A stretch of DNA of 64,000 nucleotides from a virus: the IMG/VR virus record IMGVR_UViG_3300046804_003463, positions 13,033-77,032 of that record, one strand, 5' to 3'. Of the stretch, positions 53,309 through 63,101 are shown piece by piece. Under the pieces are notes generated by a model. It was not told the origin of the DNA. It saw only the letters and a program-made list of their open reading frames with translations, and did no database searches. A program made the position numbers and the translations under genes. Position 1 is the stretch's first letter. Each line of letters starts with the position of its first letter.

Positions 53309-55606
53309 TCAAACTGCTATCATACCAATGAACCGTGATACCAGAACACGATTGACCTGACGATTCTTGGCAAACTTACTGAACGCCTTGGTCAAGGTTG
53401 ATGTAGTAACTTTTTCTGGTGCTTCAAAGTCCTCATCATCAACACTCAAATCAGAACCACCAGGTAGAATAAAGAATGATTCATATCCAGGGTTCTTTGA
53501 TTCAAGAAATTTTTCCTTACGAACAATTTTGATGTATTTCATATAAGCATCTCTTATTTGTAAGAAATTTTGCCGTTCATTTTTACGCAATTCATCAAGT
53601 TCAGCATTGTGTAAACGGCGGCGTACAGCACCCTTCAATGCATGATTAGGTGCCAAATAGAAACCGATGACTTTAGCACCAGTTGTTTTAGTCAACCATT
53701 TAGAAATAGCAATACGCACACTGTCTTCACCGTAAGTCATCTCTTGTTGAATCTTGTTTTTCTTATCACACAGAAAAACGTTTTGATAATCAGAGTTGAA
53801 AAAGTTGCGTGAGCCAGTGCCAACATTATTGGTCACATGAAACGAATTGATATCGTCAGCATCACCATCATGTACTACACACAGATTCACAATATCAAGA
53901 TTGTTGACAGTGCGAAACTCATTGATGATTGGTTGACAAGCAATCAATGCCTCAGTCATTGGTGTATTTGACAATGAATCTGAAGGTGGACGATAAAAGT
54001 TTCTACCACCAGCATAACGGCCGGCATGCCAAGCATCCATGAGGCACAGAATATTCTTGACTGCTTTAGAAAATTCTGAGTTGCTCATTTTGGAGTTAAT
54101 CATCTCACGCAGATACACCGATGACAACCACATTTCATTGTTGTTTTCTGAAAAGCATTCCGATGTTTTGCTTGTGTAATCAGTTTCTTCACCGGGATAG
54201 TCAATGCTGTAACGAACATGATCAGCATTACCAAAACCATAAGCAGTGAATGGTATGTTTACTTTGCGACAAAACATAGCCAAAATCAAAATCTGTTCAT
54301 ATGATGCCGATAAATTATCAGACATTGAACCAGACTTATCAAGCAACAAAACAAGACCATGCGATTTACCTTTTGGTACACGCATTACTTTTTTGAAAAT
54401 GTTGTCATCAATCTGATATTTGAAAATGCGGCTAATATCAATGTCACCAGTTGACGATACTTTGGCTTTTGAAAACTTATCAGCAGCCTTACGCATTTCA
54501 AATTCTTTTGCTAACAGTGAAATGAATCGCTCATTCTTACGACGAAAATCATTGTACAGACTGTTAGCAACCGTTTCATATGATTCTGGTCGTTGCTCTG
54601 AAAATTCTTTAGTTAGAACCTCTTGAACACGTTTTGCTGGTGTAACAATTCTTGCCAAGTTAGGCTTAGGAATATCAATGTAACGATACTCACGTGCGTT
54701 TTTGGCAATCAGTTTGTTTTCATTCTGACGGAAGTTTTCATCAGTCTCACACCGTGGCTCAGAAGATGATTGGTCTTCATTCACACTTTGTGATTCTTTG
54801 TTACGAACTAATTCGTTTTTGTCTTCACCGTCAACATCACCATCTTCATCAGACTGTTCATCACCATTTGATGATGATTCTGTTTCTTGATCACCATCTT
54901 CACCTTTGGCTTTAGACTTAGATTTTTCTTCACCTTGACCATCAGTCTCAGCATCACCTTCATTTGAGCCTGGCTTAGTTTGATAATCGTCATCACCTTC
55001 ATCACCAAAACCGAAGTTGTCTTGAGGTGTGTTAGTCTGTGATTGTTCTTCTTTTGAGTAATCCCAAATCTCATTGGTGAGTTTGAGAACATCATCCCAA
55101 GTTTCACATTCTTGAGTGCGGTCAACAAACTCTTGCTCTTTTGCATTGAAACGAACATCAGGCAAAGAGTAACTAGACTTTGTGTAGATATTCAAACGAT
55201 CAATGAACGGTAACGAATTGACACTGCGACCTTTCAAGCCGAAGAAATCTTTTTCCATCAGTTCATTGAAGCCGTTGACAAACGAACGGCGTAAACCAGG
55301 ATAACGGCGTTTCTGTCGTTTCTCAATACGTGCATCTTCAACTACATTCAAAAAGCCTTTGTAGTTTACACCACGATTGTGTACAGCACCATGCCAACCA
55401 TCAGCAGGTGTATCAATGGCATGACCAACTTCATGACCCATTAACAAGTCATAAAGATCGCCAGACATTTGTTCCCAAATAGGACAAGTTAGAACACGTG
55501 TTTTGGGATTGAACATTGCCGTTGAAACTTTGGCATGTTGAACTACTAGATTTTCGGTGGCCATGAGTTTGGCCAGACCAGACTTTTGATTTTGAATGTT
55601 ACTCAT
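53309..55606 (-). CDS. CobT-like protein: HExxH peptidase-like domain, acidic linker, VWA domain
   Basis: HEVGH, NVVEDARIE, DKSGSM (MIDAS), TP and HDG motifs; partner of the MoxR ATPase. Confidence 0.88.
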   Translation of the reverse strand: MSNIQNQKSGLAKLMATENLVVQHAKVSTAMFNPKTRVLTCPIWEQMSGDLYDLLMGHEVGHAIDTPADGWHGAVHNRGVNYKGFLNVVEDARIEKRQKRRYPGLRRSFVNGFNELMEKDFFGLKGRSVNSLPFIDRLNIYTKSSYSLPDVRFNAKEQEFVDRTQECETWDDVLKLTNEIWDYSKEEQSQTNTPQDNFGFGDEGDDDYQTKPGSNEGDAETDGQGEEKSKSKAKGEDGDQETESSSNGDEQSDEDGDVDGEDKNELVRNKESQSVNEDQSSSEPRCETDENFRQNENKLIAKNAREYRYIDIPKPNLARIVTPAKRVQEVLTKEFSEQRPESYETVANSLYNDFRRKNERFISLLAKEFEMRKAADKFSKAKVSSTGDIDISRIFKYQIDDNIFKKVMRVPKGKSHGLVLLLDKSGSMSDNLSASYEQILILAMFCRKVNIPFTAYGFGNADHVRYSIDYPGEETDYTSKTSECFSENNNEMWLSSVYLREMINSKMSNSEFSKAVKNILCLMDAWHAGRYAGGRNFYRPPSDSLSNTPMTEALIACQPIINEFRTVNNLDIVNLCVVHDGDADDINSFHVTNNVGTGSRNFFNSDYQNVFLCDKKNKIQQEMTYGEDSVRIAISKWLTKTTGAKVIGFYLAPNHALKGAVRRRLHNAELDELRKNERQNFLQIRDAYMKYIKIVRKEKFLESKNPGYESFFILPGGSDLSVDDEDFEAPEKVTTSTLTKAFSKFAKNRQVNRVLVSRFIGMIAV

Positions 55607-55635
55607 TTGATAACCTCAACTATCATTGAGTAACC

Positions 55636-55664
55636 ATTATATATGGTTTGGTGGGGTTTGTCAA
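55636..55664 (-). promoter_or_regulatory. Consensus sigma70 (early) promoter
   Basis: TTGACA-aaccccaccaaaccata-TATAATggt. Confidence 0.88.
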
Positions 55665-55724
55665 GCACATCAGAAAAGTGTTGCAAAAAAGACATCAATA
55701 CCTCCATATCAAACTGTACACACC

Positions 55725-55753
55725 ATTATAACTGGTGTGGTGGAGATTGTCAA
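55725..55753 (-). promoter_or_regulatory. Consensus sigma70 (early) promoter
   Basis: TTGACA-atctccaccacaccagt-TATAATggt. Confidence 0.88.
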
Positions 55754-55765
55754 GTTGTTTTTTTG

Positions 55766-57097
55766 CTAACGACCAACTTGCTGTAGATACTTAGCCTTTG
55801 TCTCTTCCCAGGTCAACTCAATAAGGTCATCATAAAATAATGTTTCATATGATACATTATTTTTCTTCATCAGTTGTTTGATGCGACCTTTGGCATGTTT
55901 GTCTCTCCAGATGCCGACTAATGAATCATAGTCGGTAGGAAATGCTTTGATTAATTCACTTTCTTTGATACGGTCACAAAGAAAATCGTTTGTGTTTGTA
56001 TACAATGGACTGAAATAAATGCCACGTGCATGTTCAGAACGAATCAACTCTTTAGGTATGTTTAGTTGAGAGTATGTGAAGTTCAATGAACGATTCTTGT
56101 GATCACGTTTGTGTGGTTGACCGCTTGGCTTCACTGCTTCATACCACTCAAAATATTTGCGTGTGTGATTCTTCTTGAGCCATTCACGAATCTCATATCG
56201 TGTATCTTTTTCTGGTTCAAAAGAAACGGAACCAGAGGTGAAACCCATTGGCTGCCAATGATCAAGATTATCATATTGTGATAAGCCGCCTGCTTTTGTC
56301 TTGCCATATAAAGATGTTGTTGTTACACCTACAAGCACATCACCGTAAACTCTTTTCCAAATATTTTGCACTTCGTCTGATAAACACAACAATGCCAGCA
56401 GTTTGCCGCCAACATAATTAAAGCCAAGTGGTTGAAACGGCACAATAGTTGAACCGATGGCTGTATGATTAATCATCGCACCTTGTGTCTTGCGTTCACG
56501 TGACCAGCCAATAAAATTGTCACGTGGTGTTAAATCAAGAAAATCTGATGAGATACAAATAACACCTAGATATTTGCCTGTCACATCATCTTTGACAATG
56601 AAGTTAAGATTACGACCAATGTTTGAATTGTTCTTCATCGTAGAGATGAATGTGCGAATTGTATTCCAGGTTTCTGGCAATTTTTTGTTTCTCTTCTTTT
56701 CAATTGTGACAGAAGAGCCGTCAATACCTGTTTTTGTAATTTCACCAGAGTCATCCGTATATTCAAGCACAGGCTTGAGTTTCAGATAGTCTTCAGCGGA
56801 TTCTGGCACCCAAATGTTAGCCTTGACATCTTCAATAGATGTTGCTTGTGACAAATCAATTAGTTGTTTTTCAACACCAAATAATGTTGAGACTTCTCTA
56901 GAAGGATATTTGTCCTGAACTTCGCACCACTTTTGATACAGTGTGTATTCTTTAACGTCCATTCGTGAGACATAGGTCAATTCACGGATTACTTTCTCAC
57001 GCAGGTAGTCAACATCAATATCGGAAAAAGAACTGGCAGGATTTTTATCTTGCCATTCTTGCCATTGTTGTTCTACATATGTCTTTTCATCAATCAT
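55766..57097 (-). CDS. DUF4338 (Druantia DruA-like) domain protein
   Basis: GRNLNFIVKD...LGVI...PRDNFIGW, GGKLLA and TTSLYG motifs. Confidence 0.7.
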   Translation of the reverse strand: MIDEKTYVEQQWQEWQDKNPASSFSDIDVDYLREKVIRELTYVSRMDVKEYTLYQKWCEVQDKYPSREVSTLFGVEKQLIDLSQATSIEDVKANIWVPESAEDYLKLKPVLEYTDDSGEITKTGIDGSSVTIEKKRNKKLPETWNTIRTFISTMKNNSNIGRNLNFIVKDDVTGKYLGVICISSDFLDLTPRDNFIGWSRERKTQGAMINHTAIGSTIVPFQPLGFNYVGGKLLALLCLSDEVQNIWKRVYGDVLVGVTTTSLYGKTKAGGLSQYDNLDHWQPMGFTSGSVSFEPEKDTRYEIREWLKKNHTRKYFEWYEAVKPSGQPHKRDHKNRSLNFTYSQLNIPKELIRSEHARGIYFSPLYTNTNDFLCDRIKESELIKAFPTDYDSLVGIWRDKHAKGRIKQLMKKNNVSYETLFYDDLIELTWEETKAKYLQQVGR

Positions 57098-57666
57098 TGT
57101 TTTTTGCTTTTACGAATAATTTTTTTCACAAGTTTGTTTGCCTTTTGTCTTGCCATTTTCAACGCAAGAGGCTTCACAAGATTAGTATATCTTACTCCGT
57201 TGAGATGGTCAAGCTCATGTAGAAAACAACGTGCAGATAACCCATGAAGTTTTACCTGATTTAAGTTGCCGTTTTCGTCTGTGAACTCTACTTCAATCCA
57301 TGATGGTCTATCAACATTCAAAAACAAACCAGGAAAAGATAAACAGCCTTCTTTGTCCTTTACATATGGACCTTCATCTACGACTTTGGGATTAATACAT
57401 ACCAATTGAAACTCTTCGGTACCAATCACAAAGATTCTTTCAGCAACGCCGCATTGATTGGCAGACAAACCTAAACCTGCATAAAGTTTCATTGTCATCT
57501 TCAATCTTTTGGCCAATGTAACTAATGCTGGTGCAGGAAATCCACCGGTGTATTCTGGTATCTTTTGACCAAGCATAGGATAATCTTCACCAAACACACG
57601 AAGAGGATCAATCTTTTCTATCTGTTGTATACCAGCAGTAGTATCAATAATTAGTTTTTCACTCAT
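57094..57666 (-). CDS. def: Peptide deformylase
   Basis: GLGLSANQ, EGCLS and HELDH motifs. Confidence 0.95.
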   Translation of the reverse strand: MSEKLIIDTTAGIQQIEKIDPLRVFGEDYPMLGQKIPEYTGGFPAPALVTLAKRLKMTMKLYAGLGLSANQCGVAERIFVIGTEEFQLVCINPKVVDEGPYVKDKEGCLSFPGLFLNVDRPSWIEVEFTDENGNLNQVKLHGLSARCFLHELDHLNGVRYTNLVKPLALKMARQKANKLVKKIIRKSKKQ

Positions 57667-59369
57667 TTCACTATCCTTGAAAAGTTTTTAACTTTCTCAA
57701 ACCTAATTGTATTTGCAAATTTATCTTGTAATATGTCACCCTTGTGGCTGATGACAAATAGATTTACATCATCAAGAGAGTGCAATATCTTCATCAAGTC
57801 TTCTGTGCCACTTGTATCTAAACTTGAATCAAACACTTCATCAAGTATTAATAGATTAGTGTTGGTAGAATTCTTTAGTTTTGCTACGGCACGCCATGTC
57901 AACATCAGTGCCATATCAATACGCTGTTTCTCACCTTCTGAGAAGTTGTGATATGAAAACTCATCACGATGTCTGGATTTAATTGTTTCTCTAAACGATT
58001 CATCAAGATTAAAGTTTACAAAGAAATCCATGCTTGTAAGATACTTGTTCACTAATTTGTTTATCACAGGTAAATACTGTTTGATAATGTTAGTTTTGAT
58101 ACCAGTATCTTTCAACAATGAAGAGGCAACATCATAGTATGCCTTTTCATCCAACAACTGCTTCAGTTCTTCTTGTGCTTGTTCAACTTCTTTCTTGATT
58201 AAGCTCAACTCATTTTCATCAACGTTTTCTTTTGGCTTTTGTACTTGTTTGATTTGTTTTTCCAGTTTAGTGATTGAATCATTCAAACCTTTTACACTGG
58301 TTTGTGTAGTTGCCAATTGAATACGAACATTTGATAACTCTTTTTCTTTTTCACGAAGTTCAGTTACAACAGTTTCTTGTTCAGTAATTTTTGTCTGAAG
58401 TTCTACTAGACCACTAACAAGTTCTTTTTCTTTTGTTCCAAGTTCGCTAAGTTGCCCCTCTTTAAACTCCAAGGTAATGGCTTGCCTACAGGTTGGGCAA
58501 TCAGCATTGTGTTCATAGAACTCTCTATCTGTTCCCAATTTGGATATTTTGCTTTCAATCTGAGATTCAACTTTTTTAAACGAAGTAATCTTCTTTTCAT
58601 TTTCAGGAATTTTAGCACAGATTTCTGATAAGGTTTGCTTGGCTTGCTCCAAGCTGTCAATGTCATCATGTAGGGTGCGTATGGTTTCTCTGTGCAGAAG
58701 TATCTCTTTCTCATATTCTTTTACCTTCTCTTCGTTATCTTGATTCAGTTTATCCTGATGCTCTTTCTTCAATTCATATTTCTGAAGCAACAATGCTATA
58801 TCATTCTTTTTTGATACGGTTTGATCTTTGTTTGTTGACAATCTTTCTTTGATGAGACTATTCATCGTAGAAAAGATTTGTATGTCTAGTAAATCTTCAA
58901 TGATTGCTCTACGGTCAGCAGCAGACAACTGCATGAACGGTGTAAAGGATGCTGAACCAAGTATGACGATCTGCGTAAAAGACTTGTAGTTTAGTTTGAG
59001 AATAAACCTCTCTAGATAGTCTTGATAGTCTTTTACAGCCGCATCTTGATTCAGCAAAACTGTATCTTGGTAGATTTCAAAGATGTTTGGTTTAATGCCA
59101 CGAACAATCTTGAACTCTTTGCTACCAATAGAAAATTCTATTTCAACAACACAATCTCTACTGTTTATACTATTTAATAAATTAGGTTTGTTGACATTAC
59201 GAAACGGCTTACCAAACAAACCAAAGCACAAGGCATCAAGCATTGTTGACTTGCCTGAACCATTTGTGCCAACTATTAATGTATTAGCATTGCTATTAAG
59301 TGCTATCTCGGTAAAGTAATTGCCTGTACTTAATAGATTTTTCCAACGCAGAGTTTTAAATAATATCAT
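57663..59369 (-). CDS. gp46: Recombination endonuclease subunit gp46 (Rad50/SbcC-like)
   Basis: GTNGSGKS, CPTC hook, FSEGE and LDEVFD motifs. Confidence 0.96.
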   Translation of the reverse strand: MILFKTLRWKNLLSTGNYFTEIALNSNANTLIVGTNGSGKSTMLDALCFGLFGKPFRNVNKPNLLNSINSRDCVVEIEFSIGSKEFKIVRGIKPNIFEIYQDTVLLNQDAAVKDYQDYLERFILKLNYKSFTQIVILGSASFTPFMQLSAADRRAIIEDLLDIQIFSTMNSLIKERLSTNKDQTVSKKNDIALLLQKYELKKEHQDKLNQDNEEKVKEYEKEILLHRETIRTLHDDIDSLEQAKQTLSEICAKIPENEKKITSFKKVESQIESKISKLGTDREFYEHNADCPTCRQAITLEFKEGQLSELGTKEKELVSGLVELQTKITEQETVVTELREKEKELSNVRIQLATTQTSVKGLNDSITKLEKQIKQVQKPKENVDENELSLIKKEVEQAQEELKQLLDEKAYYDVASSLLKDTGIKTNIIKQYLPVINKLVNKYLTSMDFFVNFNLDESFRETIKSRHRDEFSYHNFSEGEKQRIDMALMLTWRAVAKLKNSTNTNLLILDEVFDSSLDTSGTEDLMKILHSLDDVNLFVISHKGDILQDKFANTIRFEKVKNFSRIVK

Positions 59370-60442
59370 TCAGTAGTGGTACTCAAAGCCTCAACGTAAA
59401 GTTCCTGCATAATGTTTTTTAGTTTATCAGGTTCCACATTGATTGTCATGTTATCAATATACTTTGAAAGAATCGTCATCGTATCTTCTGCTTGGTCAAT
59501 TAGTTCTTGGTCAACATCACCTGTCGTGTCGGTAAAGTCTTCTACGATTGATATGTCAGCAGCGCCAGCCTTGTAAATGCTATCAATCACAAAGTCAAAC
59601 AAAAATGGATTTAGTTTATTGACTACAACAACTTTGACATAGCAACCTTCATAGACCGAATAATCCATAAATGAAGATTTGTAACCCTCAGCAAAATGTT
59701 CAAGTTCGTCATTGTAGTTCAACTTATGAAACATTCTGTATGGGTTTTTAACAAACTCTTGTTCACGGGTATGTGTGTCAAAGATAACAAAGCCACGTGG
59801 GTCATTATAATCTGCCCATGTCATTTCATTCGGTGTGCCAACATAGTAAATATGGCCGTCATCAGAACGATGATGAAAATGGCCAGACAAAACTATATCA
59901 TACTTGTTAAACAGTGACTTGTCAACACCTTCATGGCAAATGTTGCCACGGTCCATTTCAAAACCTTTTATTTCAAAATGGCCAAAAACGATTTGTGATT
60001 TGGAGTCTTTTAGTTTTTGAAGAATTTCTTCTTGGTTGTCATCACAGATCCAAGGTACCAGATCAACATCAATACCGCCAAACTGCATTGTATTGAAAGT
60101 ATCCAGTACAGTAATGTTATCATAACCGTCTAAAAGTAATTTAGATGAGTTAACCTGTAAGGTGTTTTTGAAAGCAACATCATGGTTACCAAGGAACGTG
60201 ATGAATGTGATGTTGTTTTCTGCAAGTTTATCAAAGAAATATTCACGACACAGATAGAGTGAATTGAAGTTAATAAACTTACGGCGGTCGAAAAGATCAC
60301 CAAGTTGTACAACGGTAGTAACATTGTGATCCTTTAGATATGGGAAAAAGACGTTCGCATAGAACTTCTCTATGTATTTATGAAAATCTAAAGAGTCACC
60401 TCTCATACCGAAGTGAGTATCACCAAGCACACATATTTTCAT
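59366..60442 (-). CDS. gp47: Recombination endonuclease subunit gp47 (Mre11/SbcD-like)
   Basis: GDTHFG, GDLFD, GNHD and SGHFH motifs. Confidence 0.96.
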   Translation of the reverse strand: MKICVLGDTHFGMRGDSLDFHKYIEKFYANVFFPYLKDHNVTTVVQLGDLFDRRKFINFNSLYLCREYFFDKLAENNITFITFLGNHDVAFKNTLQVNSSKLLLDGYDNITVLDTFNTMQFGGIDVDLVPWICDDNQEEILQKLKDSKSQIVFGHFEIKGFEMDRGNICHEGVDKSLFNKYDIVLSGHFHHRSDDGHIYYVGTPNEMTWADYNDPRGFVIFDTHTREQEFVKNPYRMFHKLNYNDELEHFAEGYKSSFMDYSVYEGCYVKVVVVNKLNPFLFDFVIDSIYKAGAADISIVEDFTDTTGDVDQELIDQAEDTMTILSKYIDNMTINVEPDKLKNIMQELYVEALSTTTE

Positions 60443-60446
60443 AATA

Positions 60447-60986
60447 TTATTCTACATCATCATCTAGGAATTGTTCAAGCCCCTCCGACTTCTTTTCTTT
60501 TTTCTTTTTCTTATTTTCCTCAAAGTTGTGAATAAACTCTGAGATGTTATCATACAATTCAAACTGTTTCATATTACCGTTTTCATCTTCGTACATCTCA
60601 CCCTCATCAAGCAAACCGAATTGTTGTGTGGCTTTGTACTTCACATATAGTTGTTTCTTTTCACGCATAATTCTACGTAGAAATGCATAGTAAATTATTT
60701 GTGTGAAGTAGGCAAATGGATTTTTTGATTTAGCCGGGTCAAAGTTGCGAAAGTACATCAGACAGTTTTCTACACCATCTGATATCATCTCATCACGGTA
60801 TGTGTATGAAATAAAGTTTGGCTTACGTGATAGATGTTCTGCAATCTTTAGAAAGCACTCACCAATGTAATCTGGTATCTTTGGTTCTGGTTTACTATTA
60901 GTCTTCGCATCTTCACAATCTGTTCTATATTTTATAAGTGCTGCTAGAAAGTCTGCGTTGTTGACGTAATGATTTGATGTTGTCAT
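60447..60986 (-). CDS. gp55: Late-transcription sigma factor gp55
   Basis: HYVNN, NF..YTYRDEMISDG and NPFAYFTQI motifs. Confidence 0.95.
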   Translation of the reverse strand: MTTSNHYVNNADFLAALIKYRTDCEDAKTNSKPEPKIPDYIGECFLKIAEHLSRKPNFISYTYRDEMISDGVENCLMYFRNFDPAKSKNPFAYFTQIIYYAFLRRIMREKKQLYVKYKATQQFGLLDEGEMYEDENGNMKQFELYDNISEFIHNFEENKKKKKEKKSEGLEQFLDDDVE

Positions 60987-61918
60987 TATACATTACCGTA
61001 AATGTTATTCTTCAAGTATGTATATCCCTTGATGAGTTCTTCTACACCATCATCTATTGTATAATAAGGCAACCAACCTGTTGCTTCTAATTTTTCATTA
61101 GAGACAATGTAATTACGTTGATCTGGGTCTTTCTTGATATCGCCTTCTATAACTGTGAATGTTGGTATATGTTTCTTGATAATGTCACAGAGTTCTAATT
61201 TAGATACATTTGCTGAAGACAGACCTACATTGTAGATGTTGCTCTTCATTTCATCAAACTGATACATGGCATGTAGAAATGCTTCACATACATCACGAAC
61301 ATGAATGTAGTTACGTTTGAAGTGACCTTCAAAGATGATTACATATCCATCATTAACTGCACGATAAACTAAATCGTTTACCAGCAAATCTGTACGCATA
61401 CGTGGTGACATACCAAACACTGTAGCCAAACGATAACTGATTGAGTTCTCACGTTCCATCAATCGTTGTTCTACAGCAACTTTATCAATAGCATACTTTG
61501 AGATTGGTCGCAGTGGTGAATCTTCTGTACAGAAATTATTTTCATCACCTGTACCATATGCAGAGTTGGTTGTCGGCATGATGATACGCTGTTCATCAGA
61601 AACGGCATTCAACATCCAGAACATGGCATCTTTGTTTGTTGTATCTGCACCAACAACATCTTTATTGCACAACGGTGCGCCAACAAGTGCGGCAAGAGGT
61701 ATAATGACATCTGCTTTCTTCAGCAATGGTGACATGTGATGTGGATTACGAATGTCACCATTTACAATAGTAAGTTTTTTGTTTTCACAAAGATGATTTA
61801 AACCTGTCTGTTTATACATGAAGTTATCAATAAGAGTTACTTCATGATTCATCTGCATCAAATACTCAGTCAGAATGCAGCCAATATAACCTGCACCACC
61901 AGTCACTAATATATTCAT
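60986..61918 (-). CDS. NAD-dependent nucleotide-sugar epimerase/dehydratase/reductase
   Basis: TGGAGYIG and YAIDK (YxxxK) motifs. Confidence 0.9.
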   Translation of the reverse strand: MNILVTGGAGYIGCILTEYLMQMNHEVTLIDNFMYKQTGLNHLCENKKLTIVNGDIRNPHHMSPLLKKADVIIPLAALVGAPLCNKDVVGADTTNKDAMFWMLNAVSDEQRIIMPTTNSAYGTGDENNFCTEDSPLRPISKYAIDKVAVEQRLMERENSISYRLATVFGMSPRMRTDLLVNDLVYRAVNDGYVIIFEGHFKRNYIHVRDVCEAFLHAMYQFDEMKSNIYNVGLSSANVSKLELCDIIKKHIPTFTVIEGDIKKDPDQRNYIVSNEKLEATGWLPYYTIDDGVEELIKGYTYLKNNIYGNV

Positions 61919-61919
61919 G

Positions 61920-63101
61920 TTACACCCTATTCAATACATTTGTTATTTCATCAATTGATATTTTGCTTAGTGTTGGGTAGTTACCAACATAGAAAGAATA
62001 AAAATGCATGTGATCAGTATTCGGATATTTCATGTAATGATCTTGAGGTACAATACCTTTTAGATATGGCTGTCTCAATTGATTACCACCACCTGCTGAA
62101 CCACGACGAAACTCAATCTCTTCATCACGCATCTTATGCATCAGTCTTTCTACAAAATCTTTGTTAGCATATTCTGACTGTAAAACAATGTTGAACGCAT
62201 AGTTGCTACAACCAATCAATCTGAAGTCCACCTTATATTTCTTCTGATCTAGTTTTGATAAGAAGTAAAAAAGATTCTCATTTCGTAGTTTAACATTTTC
62301 ATCCAAATGTTTCAACTGATTTTGACCAAGTATGCCGCCAATCTCATTGTTACGCATATTGTATGCAGCATAAGCAAAGATAAAGTCTGAGTTCAACTCT
62401 GGATATTCTGCCTTATATTTTTCAGCCATTATCCAGTCACCACATTCACGAACCATGCCATGTGAACGAAGCATACGAACTGTGCGATAAACTTCTTCAT
62501 CATTTGTACATACCATGCCACCCTCAATAGTAGACATGTGATGTGCAAAGTAAAAAGAGAAGTTAGACATCCAACCATAACTACCAAGTAATTTACCATT
62601 GTGTGTTGCACCATGTGATTCACACACATCTTCAATTAAAGGTATGTTGCGATGACGTAGAACTTCCAATACTCTACCAGATAAACAATCAAAGCCTTGT
62701 GCATAAGTAATGAATACAGCACGTGTCTTATCACTGATTGCGTTCAGTATACCAATGTCATTCATGCCAAGCGTATCTAAATCAATGTCAACAAACACTG
62801 GTGTGAAACCACACTGAAGAATAGAAGCAATGTCCGACACCCATGTAAATGGTGGCACAATCACTTCACCACCTTCTGGATGTTTAATCTTCAACATTGT
62901 CATTGACAATAGATTTGCTGAAGCACCTGAGTTGACGAACACGGAGTATTTCACTCCCAACCATTTACTCCATGCCTCTTCAAAAGCACGACACTCTGGT
63001 CCATTCGTAAGTTTAGGATTATCTTTTTTAAGATGCTCTATTACCAAATCTAAATCTTCTCTAGTAATATTATCTGACATTAAAGGATACTTCATCATCA
63101 C
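61920..63101 (-). CDS. DegT-family PLP enzyme, ColD/RfbH-like NDP-sugar 3-dehydratase
   Basis: NSGASAN, EDVCE and SFYFAHHMSTIEGG (His at the usual Lys position). Confidence 0.82.
   Translation of the reverse strand: MMMKYPLMSDNITREDLDLVIEHLKKDNPKLTNGPECRAFEEAWSKWLGVKYSVFVNSGASANLLSMTMLKIKHPEGGEVIVPPFTWVSDIASILQCGFTPVFVDIDLDTLGMNDIGILNAISDKTRAVFITYAQGFDCLSGRVLEVLRHRNIPLIEDVCESHGATHNGKLLGSYGWMSNFSFYFAHHMSTIEGGMVCTNDEEVYRTVRMLRSHGMVRECGDWIMAEKYKAEYPELNSDFIFAYAAYNMRNNEIGGILGQNQLKHLDENVKLRNENLFYFLSKLDQKKYKVDFRLIGCSNYAFNIVLQSEYANKDFVERLMHKMRDEEIEFRRGSAGGGNQLRQPYLKGIVPQDHYMKYPNTDHMHFYSFYVGNYPTLSKISIDEITNVLNRV

Noticed and set aside
52052-55606. Cobalamin biosynthesis (cobS/cobT) as a metabolic auxiliary function
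   Set aside because: This MoxR ATPase/VWA pair is common in aquatic T4-like phages, and no cobN or other cob genes are present.
55766-57097. Complete Druantia defence system
   Set aside because: Only a DruA-like domain is seen; there is no DruE helicase or other partner.
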